Of a stretch of DNA of 52,485 nt, positions 45,694-52,485 are shown piece after piece. This stretch comes from a virus (Duplodnaviria; Caudoviricetes). Both the position numbers and the translations under genes were made by a program. The stretch lies in the IMG/VR virus record IMGVR_UViG_3300010052_000223, positions 1 through 52,485 of that record; one strand, written 5' to 3'. How positions within the stretch are numbered: the stretch's first letter is position 1; each line of letters opens with the position of its first letter. The notes under the pieces were generated by a model. That model was not told the DNA's origin, did no database searches, and saw nothing but the letters and a program-made list of their open reading frames with translations.

Positions 45694-45944
45694 ACACTGG
45701 TCGTCAACAGGCCGAACTCGCCCATGAGTTAGAGGTCGCGGAACGCAAGGCCTGGGAATCCCTCGCTCGCTACAAATTCCAGATGTTCGGCTACTGGGCT
45801 GCGATCTGGGTTCACCTCAACCGGATCGGCGGTTTTAGGCGCCCGAATCCATGGGCCGCCCTCGTGGGCTTCGCTCGCTCTGAGCAACCGAGCCGGCCTC
45901 GCACGCCTACCGATACACCTTTGCTCGACCGCGAGGCCGCATGA
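45690..45944 (+). CDS. Hypothetical protein, 84 aa
   Basis: Coupled; LARYKFQMFGYWAAIWVHLN. Confidence 0.65.
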   Translation: MNTGRQQAELAHELEVAERKAWESLARYKFQMFGYWAAIWVHLNRIGGFRRPNPWAALVGFARSEQPSRPRTPTDTPLLDREAA

Positions 45945-47035
45945 CCCCGAAAGGCCACCCCATGACTGAACTGGATCTGGAAAAGGCGACCCGGATCGCG
46001 CGCGACAATGCCGGGATGCCCCCTATGCTGCGCCAGGACGCGCTTGAGAGGTTCGCGCGGCACTATCCTTCGACGTATCTCGCCCTCATCGCCAGGATCG
46101 AGGAGCTGGAGGGGGATGGAAAGGACGCTTACACCGCTGGTCAGGGCGTGTGGCGCAACCAAGACCTGCCGCGACTGGAGCGCATCAAGGGTCACCGCGC
46201 CGAATACGGAAGCAGCCTCGCGGACGCAGTTAGGGCTGTGGACGAAGAAGCGAAACGCATCCGCGCCCCCTCTTTCGAGGGGCAAGATAATGCCATCGGC
46301 GCGGCTGAGGCTGAAGTTGGCCGCTATATCTATCGCCGCATCGAGCGGCTGATGGATGCGAAGCCGGGCTCTCCCGAAAGCGCCGAGCTAGACTTCCTGG
46401 CGAACATCACGGTCCACGTCGAAGAGTACGGCGAAGACGCGTGCGCTGATCACGCCCTCTCCCCTCCCCAGGCCGTAGACCAGGGGGAGGCAGTGGGCAT
46501 CGAATGTCACGGCTTAGACACCCCTCAGCGGGTCTGCTTCTACGAGCAGGATTTCTACGTCCTGTCGAACTTCAGCAGCTTCATGGTTTGGTGGAGGGGG
46601 ATCCTCTTCCCGACGAGCGAGCACGCCTACCACTGGGCCAAGTTTACCGGAGGCTCCGGATACGAAGACATCGACCTCCAGCGGGTCCAAGCTCGCCACC
46701 TGATCATGAACGCGCTCTCTGCGCACGAGGCGTTCAAACGCGCACAAGACCTGAAAAACCTGCGGCACACCGACTGGGATGACCAGAAGGTCGGCATCAT
46801 GCGCGAGATCATCCGCGCGAAGGCCGAGCAGCACGAATACGTGCGCCGCAAGCTCCTGGCCACCGGCGAACGTGAACTGGTCGAAAACTCCTGGCGGGAT
46901 GGCTTCTGGGGCTGGGGTTCGAACCGGGACGGCCAGAACATGCTTGGAAAGCTTTGGATGGAGCTTCGGGCCGAGCTTCGCGCCGAAGCCCTCCTCTCCC
47001 TCTCTCAACCCAAGGGGCAAGAACATGGCGGCTGA
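45941..47035 (+). CDS. Multi-domain protein with C-terminal NADAR (YbiA-like) domain
   Basis: LSNFS, FPTSEHAYHWAKF, DWDDQKVGIM, LLATGERELVENSWRDGFWG and GQNMLGKLWMELR motifs. Confidence 0.9.
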   Translation: MTPKGHPMTELDLEKATRIARDNAGMPPMLRQDALERFARHYPSTYLALIARIEELEGDGKDAYTAGQGVWRNQDLPRLERIKGHRAEYGSSLADAVRAVDEEAKRIRAPSFEGQDNAIGAAEAEVGRYIYRRIERLMDAKPGSPESAELDFLANITVHVEEYGEDACADHALSPPQAVDQGEAVGIECHGLDTPQRVCFYEQDFYVLSNFSSFMVWWRGILFPTSEHAYHWAKFTGGSGYEDIDLQRVQARHLIMNALSAHEAFKRAQDLKNLRHTDWDDQKVGIMREIIRAKAEQHEYVRRKLLATGERELVENSWRDGFWGWGSNRDGQNMLGKLWMELRAELRAEALLSLSQPKGQEHGG

Positions 47036-47279
47036 GAAGCTGACGCTCGCGCCTGGCGAATGGCGCTGCTGCGGATGCGGTGCGCCAGCGCCGGATCGCT
47101 ACAGTGGTTGCGATTGCGCGACGGGTGTCGTGTTCCGCCTGGAAGGCCAGCCCCGCAGCGCCTGCAAATCTACCCCGACCGAGCGGGCCATTCTTCAGGT
47201 CGAGCGCGCTTGGCAGACCTTCCTGTCCGCCGGCTGCGCCGCCCTCCTCCATCACGAAGGGGCAGAGAGCCATGACTGA
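47025..47279 (+). CDS. Small Cys-rich hypothetical protein
   Basis: Start re-set to MAAEKL; CCGCG...CDC. Confidence 0.5.
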   Translation: MAAEKLTLAPGEWRCCGCGAPAPDRYSGCDCATGVVFRLEGQPRSACKSTPTERAILQVERAWQTFLSAGCAALLHHEGAESHD

Positions 47280-47583
47280 AAAGCACGCTCCATCGCTGTT
47301 CACAGACGAACTGGCCGAAAGCCTCAAGGCGAAGGCAGGCAAGCCGTTTCGGCCCTGCAATGGGTTTGAAGGCGACCTGTTCATGTCCAAGTGGTGCGCC
47401 CTCTGCGCCAAGGACAACTACCACGAGGAAACCGGAACCGGAGACTGCGAGATCGTCGCGCTCACGATGGCCCTCGACGTGGACGACGAGGATTACCCCG
47501 CTGCGTGGCAGATCGCCGAAAGCGGACAGCCCATCTGCACCGAGTTCGAGCCCCTCCAGCACGAAGGGCGCGAGCATGGGTGA
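47272..47583 (+). CDS. Cys-containing hypothetical protein
   Basis: Start re-set to MTEKH; FRPCNGFEGDLFMSKWCALC...PICTEF. Confidence 0.65.
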   Translation: MTEKHAPSLFTDELAESLKAKAGKPFRPCNGFEGDLFMSKWCALCAKDNYHEETGTGDCEIVALTMALDVDDEDYPAAWQIAESGQPICTEFEPLQHEGREHG

Positions 47584-47884
47584 GAGCCTTACCGGAGCCG
47601 GCTGGTACTTCAGCGCTTCGCACCGCGATCCGGTGCGCAAAGAACTGCATGGCCACTCCTACGAGGTCGTCTGCTGGTGGCCGGCAGAGCCCCCTCGTGA
47701 CGCGATGGTCCTTCAGGAGAGGGTCAAGACCGTCCTGAAGGCCAGTTTTGACCACAAGACCCTGCCTGACGAAATCACCCGCGCTGAGGATGTCGGACGG
47801 GCTGTCGGCGTCCTGCTCGACGGCTGTGTCCGTGTAAATATCAGCCGCCAGAGCGAGCGCCTTCATGCGGTGGTGTGGCTTTGA
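47576..47884 (+). CDS. queD: QueD/PTPS-like T-fold protein (short)
   Basis: FSASH, LHGHSY, FDHKTL and AED motifs; start re-set to MGESL. Confidence 0.7.
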   Translation: MGESLTGAGWYFSASHRDPVRKELHGHSYEVVCWWPAEPPRDAMVLQERVKTVLKASFDHKTLPDEITRAEDVGRAVGVLLDGCVRVNISRQSERLHAVVWL

Positions 47885-48636
47885 CCATCGCCTATCATGG
47901 GACGCCGCTGACCCCGAACGACCTCCTGCTGTCGCTCGCCGGCCGGCACTTCTGCGTCTCCTACTTCCGCCCCGACCAAATCGAGTTCTGCGACCACCTC
48001 GGCCAGAGCCTGATGATCGACAACGGGGCGTTCTCGGCCTGGAAGGCGAACGACAAGCGCCGCGCCGCGGGCCAGGAGCCGGTCGAGTTCAACCGCTCAT
48101 ACTGGGAGGGCTATCACGAGTTCTGCCGCCGCTGGTGCGCGAGACCCACCACCTGGGCTGTTATTCCCGACGTGATCGACGCGGGCGAACAAGAGCAAGA
48201 CGCCCTGATCCGCGAATGGCCCCTGGAGCTTCGCGACCGCGCGGCGCCGGTCTGGCACATGGACGAGCGGATCGACCGCCTCCTGCGCCTGGTGGACGAG
48301 TGGCCGCGGGTCTGCATCGGATCGACTGCTGAGTTCAGGGTCGTGAAGTCGCCCGACTGGATCGCCCGCATGAACGAGGTGTGGGACCAGCTCGCCGGCC
48401 GCCGCCGCTTCACACCCTGGCTGCACATGCTGCGCGGGATGCAGCTTCTGTTGCCCGGCTGTCCGTGGCCGTTCGGCAGCGTCGATAGCACCGACCTGGC
48501 CCGGAACCACAACCGCTTGAACCGCTACAGCGAGCGCAAGGTGTGGGCGCTGAAGCAGCGAGCCGACCGCTGGGACCGTCGCCAGTGCCCTCCGGCTTGG
48601 TCCCCGCCCCCATCAATTCTCGGAGCCGCCGCATGA
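47875..48636 (+). CDS. TGT/DpdA-like guanine transglycosylase-fold protein
   Basis: LMIDNGAFSAW, IPDVID, APVWH, LHMLRG and SVDST motifs; coupled to the QueD-like gene. Confidence 0.7.
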   Translation: MALTIAYHGTPLTPNDLLLSLAGRHFCVSYFRPDQIEFCDHLGQSLMIDNGAFSAWKANDKRRAAGQEPVEFNRSYWEGYHEFCRRWCARPTTWAVIPDVIDAGEQEQDALIREWPLELRDRAAPVWHMDERIDRLLRLVDEWPRVCIGSTAEFRVVKSPDWIARMNEVWDQLAGRRRFTPWLHMLRGMQLLLPGCPWPFGSVDSTDLARNHNRLNRYSERKVWALKQRADRWDRRQCPPAWSPPPSILGAAA

Positions 48637-48663
48637 CCGCCCACCAGCACGAAGGAGACCAGC

Positions 48664-48888
48664 GTGGCTAAGCGAGGCGGCCCATCTCTTCACGCCTTCA
48701 TCATGCGCGAGGCGGCATCGACCGGACAACCGAAGGCCGGTGTCCATCTTTGGCACGAGCGCTTCCTCCTGACCTGCTGCAAGCGCTGCGGGGTCGTGAA
48801 GCGGCGGGACGGCCCGAACAAGCCGTGTCCTGGCTTCGTGCCAATCGCCATGCGTGACCCGCATTTCGAGGAGCCCGACCATGCCTGA
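48664..48888 (+). CDS. Small Cys/His-rich protein
   Basis: AAGGAG RBS; CCKRCG...KPCPG. Confidence 0.6.
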   Translation: MAKRGGPSLHAFIMREAASTGQPKAGVHLWHERFLLTCCKRCGVVKRRDGPNKPCPGFVPIAMRDPHFEEPDHA

Positions 48889-49504
48889 TGACCTGAAGCC
48901 CTCAGAGTTCATTCAGCGGCACGGCCGGCGCTACTGGGACCGCGTCGAGAAGCGCGGCCCAGACGAATGCTGGCCATGGCTAGGCGCGCATGACGGCGGC
49001 AAACGAGGCCGGTTCACAGCCGAAGGACGCATGTTCGTTGCGCCTCGGATCGCCTGGGTGATGGAGCACGGGGAGTTCCTGCCGACCGGCATCTTCGCTT
49101 GCCACCACTGTGACAACCCGAACTGCGTCAATCCCCGCCACCTGTTCGCTGGCACCAACCGAGAGAATGCCCTCGACGCAAAGCGAAAAGGGCGCCTAGC
49201 AGGCCAGAAGAAGACCCACTGCAAGAGAGGTCACGCCCTGGTCCTCCAGCGGAATGGTCAGTTCGAGGGCGAGCGCCGAACCTGCATCATTTGCGAGCGC
49301 GAACATCGTCGCAACTATCGTCTTCGCTCGCGGGTGCCGATCCGCGCCCTGCTGGCAGATGCTGATGATCTCCGAGCGCGCCTGGCGCGGGTCGGAGACG
49401 TGAGCGGAGCTAAAATCATCGACAAGCTGAAAGCTGAGGCCGTCCGGCGCGTGCCGCGTGGGTTGCTGGAAACGCTGGAGCAAGGAGGGCCGGGACATGG
49501 CTGA
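48881..49504 (+). CDS. HNH endonuclease (His-Cys rich)
   Basis: [23 protein letters not shown]...N and KTHCKRGH motifs. Confidence 0.85.
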   Translation: MPDDLKPSEFIQRHGRRYWDRVEKRGPDECWPWLGAHDGGKRGRFTAEGRMFVAPRIAWVMEHGEFLPTGIFACHHCDNPNCVNPRHLFAGTNRENALDAKRKGRLAGQKKTHCKRGHALVLQRNGQFEGERRTCIICEREHRRNYRLRSRVPIRALLADADDLRARLARVGDVSGAKIIDKLKAEAVRRVPRGLLETLEQGGPGHG

Positions 49505-49727
49505 CCGCTTCTTCGATACCAACATCGCCGCCGCTCGCTGCAATCGCATGTGGCGCCGCCTGGGCGGTCAGTTCGAGGCCAAGGCCTACGAGTACGCTAA
49601 GCAGGGGCTCTGCGACAGCTCGCTCAAGGCCGCACGGATGGCCGACGTGTGCTTTTGGCAGGCGACCGGCGAAATCGACACCATCGCCATGAAGGACGTT
49701 CTGCCGAAGGAGCGCGCCGATGCCTAA
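49497..49727 (+). CDS. Hypothetical protein
   Basis: AAGGAGG RBS before MADRFF. Confidence 0.6.
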   Translation: MADRFFDTNIAAARCNRMWRRLGGQFEAKAYEYAKQGLCDSSLKAARMADVCFWQATGEIDTIAMKDVLPKERADA

Positions 49728-50022
49728 CCCCACCCTCGCAGAAGTCGAGGCGCGCGTGGAACGCGTCGTAAAAGCGATGCCGACCCATGTCCTGCACTTT
49801 GCTCTGCGCGCTGTCTACGGACGCGCCGCGCCAAACAAGAAATTCGAAGCCGACCTCACCACCCTTCTCGCCGAACACAGGCTGCGGGGAGAGGCGATGG
49901 AGGCGCTAGCGGAATACGTCGAGCACTCGCGGGGTTGCGGGGTTTACGGCGTCATTGAAGGCAGGGCTGGCCAGTGCGACTGCGGTCTGCGCCAAGCCCT
50001 TGGAGCCTCCGATGAGCGATAG
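49720..50022 (+). CDS. Hypothetical protein
   Basis: AAGGAG RBS; coupled. Confidence 0.6.
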   Translation: MPNPTLAEVEARVERVVKAMPTHVLHFALRAVYGRAAPNKKFEADLTTLLAEHRLRGEAMEALAEYVEHSRGCGVYGVIEGRAGQCDCGLRQALGASDER

Positions 50023-50659
50023 AGCCCTGATCGAACGGCTGCGGTCTACCCGTGGCAACACCGCTGTCGTGCGCGTCTGCATGGACGCCGCCGACCGTCT
50101 TGAGGCCCTTACTGGAGGGGGTGGAGAGCCGGTTGCGTGGCGGCGGCGCCCGAAAGGCAGCAACCGCGATTGGACGTTGTTCGCAGATGTTGACAACGAG
50201 GTCGAGTTCTACCGCTCGTCGGGCCGTTATGACGTCGAACCGCTCTACCTCTCCCCGCCTTCAGGAAGGGGGGTAGAAAGAGAAGCTATTCGGAAGATTA
50301 TCGATGATGCAGTGAACTCAGCGATCCCCGAGCCTTGGGAGGTGATCGATCATGCCACCGATCAAATCCTCGCCCTGTTCTCTTCACCTTCCCTAGGAGG
50401 AGAAGGAAAACAAGAGGATAGCTCATCCCAGGGCTCTCAGAACGACCAGGGCGCGGACGCGGGTCCCTCCCCGCGCTCGCCCGATGTCCGGGCGGACGAT
50501 TTGGCGATGCTGGTGCGAAAGCTCGTCCAGCACGTCCCAGACGACAAGCAAATCAAGGCCCAGGCGGTGGACTATCTGAACCGCTACGGCCTCGGCGGCA
50601 GTCCACTACGGGGCGCCGCCCCCGATCCCCAGGCTCAACAAGACGAGGGAGAGCGGTGA
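50012..50659 (+). CDS. Hypothetical mosaic early protein (EPVAW...PLY type)
   Basis: Start re-set to MSDRAL; GGAG RBS. Confidence 0.6.
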   Translation: MSDRALIERLRSTRGNTAVVRVCMDAADRLEALTGGGGEPVAWRRRPKGSNRDWTLFADVDNEVEFYRSSGRYDVEPLYLSPPSGRGVEREAIRKIIDDAVNSAIPEPWEVIDHATDQILALFSSPSLGGEGKQEDSSSQGSQNDQGADAGPSPRSPDVRADDLAMLVRKLVQHVPDDKQIKAQAVDYLNRYGLGGSPLRGAAPDPQAQQDEGER

Positions 50660-50853
50660 TGACGCCTGAGATCCTTCACAAGCTACTCGTCGCCGGCGCC
50701 GCCGTCGCCCGTCTGAACCAAGCGCACGGCACGAGCACCACGCTTTCCAGCGTGTCGCCACCAACCAGTCCGAGCGCAGCGAGTGCTGGCAATCCAGCAC
50801 TAGATGAACCCTTTCCCAATCCCCCTCCCCCAGCACCAGGGGGTGAGAGCTGA
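50656..50853 (+). CDS. Hypothetical protein, 65 aa
   Basis: Coupled on both sides. Confidence 0.45.
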   Translation: MMTPEILHKLLVAGAAVARLNQAHGTSTTLSSVSPPTSPSAASAGNPALDEPFPNPPPPAPGGES

Positions 50854-51110
50854 TGGACTGGCAACCGATTGAGACTGCGCCGAAGGATTGCTCGACGATC
50901 CTGATCTGCGCCAAGTCGCCACTTTACGATCAGCCGCGTGCGTACATGGCGCGTTGGTCTATCCCCTATGAGGCGGCGCCCGATGACCAGTGCTGGTGGG
51001 ACCTCAACACCGTGCCCGGGCTGCCAGGGCGCTCCGTCATGCCCCCGGAATGGGTTAGCCACTGGATGCCCCTTCCCCCTCCCCCTTCTGATGCTGGAGG
51101 GGCGGGATGA
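50853..51110 (+). CDS. DUF551-like protein
   Basis: MDWQPIETAPKD...SHWMPLPPPP. Confidence 0.8.
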   Translation: MDWQPIETAPKDCSTILICAKSPLYDQPRAYMARWSIPYEAAPDDQCWWDLNTVPGLPGRSVMPPEWVSHWMPLPPPPSDAGGAG

Positions 51111-51481
51111 CGGACCTTGGCCCCACGACCGAACGTCGCTTCGAGGAGGCCTTCTCCCACGGCGCCCTGATCACACGAAAGGCCGCAGCCGAGCTGATTG
51201 GTCTTGACCCGGCGACCCTGGACGCCCTCTCTGAGGCCAAGGTCATCCGATCGGTGCTGAAGGGAGCTCATCGCGCTTACACCGAACGCGACCTCCGCGC
51301 CTATCTAACTGAGGAGCAGCAGGCTCCGTGTCTGTCTACAAGCCGCCCAAGAGCCGTTTCTGGCAATATGACTTCGTCTACAAAGGTCGTCGCTTTCACG
51401 GATCGACCGGACAGGCTACGCGTCGCTCTGCCGAAATCGTCGAGCGGCAGAAGCGCCTCGAAGCGGCGACTGGCGCCCTAG
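51107..51481 (+). CDS. Excisionase-like HTH protein
   Basis: ITRKAAAELIGLDPATL...RAYTERDLRAYL; directly upstream of the integrase. Confidence 0.7.
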   Translation: MTDLGPTTERRFEEAFSHGALITRKAAAELIGLDPATLDALSEAKVIRSVLKGAHRAYTERDLRAYLTEEQQAPCLSTSRPRAVSGNMTSSTKVVAFTDRPDRLRVALPKSSSGRSASKRRLAP

Positions 51482-52485
51482 GCGCCGTCGCTTCCATGCC
51501 CTTCAACCATGCCGCCGGCCGTTGGTGGCAAGAGGTCGGGATCGGCCGCGGCGACTCGCGCGACGTCGAGCGCCGCCTGGATCGGCTGATCGCTCTGATT
51601 GGACCGAATACGCGGCTTGGCGAAATCGACCAGGCCGTGGTCGCCGCGGCCATTGAGCGCCGGCGCGGCAAGGTTACGGTCAGATCGCAGAAGGAAGGCG
51701 CGCGCGAGTACCTGCCCAGCAATTCCACGGTGAACCGCGACGTCATCGAGACACTGCGCCCGATCCTGCGGCGCGCCCGGTCGCACTGGACGCCAAAGGA
51801 GACGGCGCACGGTCTCCCCGAGATCGACTGGCGCGAACTGCACATGCGAGAGCCCCGCGCACTCTCCAGGATCTACAGCGAGAGACAGAAGGCCGCTTGG
51901 CGCGAGGCCATGCAGGACGACCTAAAGCTGGCCCTCGACATGCTGTTGACCTACGGCCTGCGGCTGGGTGAACTTCTGTTCCATCCCGACAGTGTGAACC
52001 TAGATCCCGTCGAGCCGACCCTGACGCTCCAGAAGGGTCGAAAGAAAGACGTCATCCTGCATGTCCCGCTACGCCTGGATCACGCACGCCAACTCGCCGC
52101 CCGAGTCGCCATTGCGAGGAAGGCGGAGCTCGAAAGCGTCTGGTTCTACGAGACCATCGTCAGCCGAAAGAAGAAGGTCGTCGCCTACACCTACGCGCAA
52201 ATCGAATACCGCCTCTCCAAGGCGGCCGACACTGCAGGGATCGATGGCGGTCGGCGCATTCACGGCGCCCGACACCACGCCGCGTCCACGGTCCTCAAGC
52301 GGTCGCGCAGCCTGAAGGCTGTGCAGGGACTACTAGGCCACGCGTCAATCAGTTCGTCGCAGCGCTACGCCCATGTGCTCAACAGCGAGCTTCGCAGCTA
52401 TCTTGAGGACGAGGAGCCGGAATGCACCGTCCCCCGGAATAGTCCCGAACCCGTCTCGACGAAGAAGCGGCAATCGGGCAAGTAG
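51328..52485 (+). CDS. int: Tyrosine recombinase/integrase
   Basis: Arm-type N-terminus (WQYDFVYKGRRFHGSTG); GLRLGEL, IHGARH, LLGH and QRY catalytic motifs. Confidence 0.93.
   Translation: MSVYKPPKSRFWQYDFVYKGRRFHGSTGQATRRSAEIVERQKRLEAATGALGAVASMPFNHAAGRWWQEVGIGRGDSRDVERRLDRLIALIGPNTRLGEIDQAVVAAAIERRRGKVTVRSQKEGAREYLPSNSTVNRDVIETLRPILRRARSHWTPKETAHGLPEIDWRELHMREPRALSRIYSERQKAAWREAMQDDLKLALDMLLTYGLRLGELLFHPDSVNLDPVEPTLTLQKGRKKDVILHVPLRLDHARQLAARVAIARKAELESVWFYETIVSRKKKVVAYTYAQIEYRLSKAADTAGIDGGRRIHGARHHAASTVLKRSRSLKAVQGLLGHASISSSQRYAHVLNSELRSYLEDEEPECTVPRNSPEPVSTKKRQSGK

Larger units (their letters stand above)
1..52485. mobile_element. Temperate siphovirus-like prophage/phage (partial; lysis genes and att sites not in window)
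   Basis: Contiguous terminase-portal-capsid-tail, replication, cro/cI switch, RecE/RecT and xis/int modules in lambdoid order. Confidence 0.97.

Noticed and set aside
52400-52485. Attachment site
   Set aside because: The window ends at the integrase stop codon and no matching direct repeat is visible

Overview
The whole window is the bulk of a temperate, lambdoid-organised siphovirus-type (pro)phage from a GC-rich alphaproteobacterium. A Caulobacter-like host is inferred from the GcrA-like gene and gene style, not proven. The window is clipped at a stop codon on each side; no lysis cassette or att site is visible. Minus strand, right to left: Cro-like, CII-like, GapR-like, RusA, GcrA-like, three DNA methyltransferases, DnaB helicase and initiator, a putative late regulator, terminase, portal, an acetyltransferase/HNH/two glycosyltransferase-like cassette, scaffold, capsid, head-tail, tail tube, G/GT chaperones with a -1 slippery site, tape measure and tail-tip genes. 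Plus strand: a double-HTH repressor, RecE/RecT/exonuclease, many small early genes, a NADAR fusion, a QueD-like plus TGT/DpdA-like pair, HNH, excisionase and tyrosine integrase. The most notable items are: (1) a cytosine-C5 methyltransferase locus coding in two same-strand frames over about 1.5 kb, where the second frame carries the missing motif IX, five W-x-T-P repeats and a clamp-binding tail; (2) a probable virion-glycosylation cassette inside the head operon; (3) a NADAR protein fused to a HigA-antitoxin-like segment, close to a minimal 7-deazaguanine-like gene pair; (4) recurring GGGA-loop hairpins in head-gene leaders; (5) five TACGA-N4-TCGTA operators. All family calls come from motif recognition by eye; no database searches were run.
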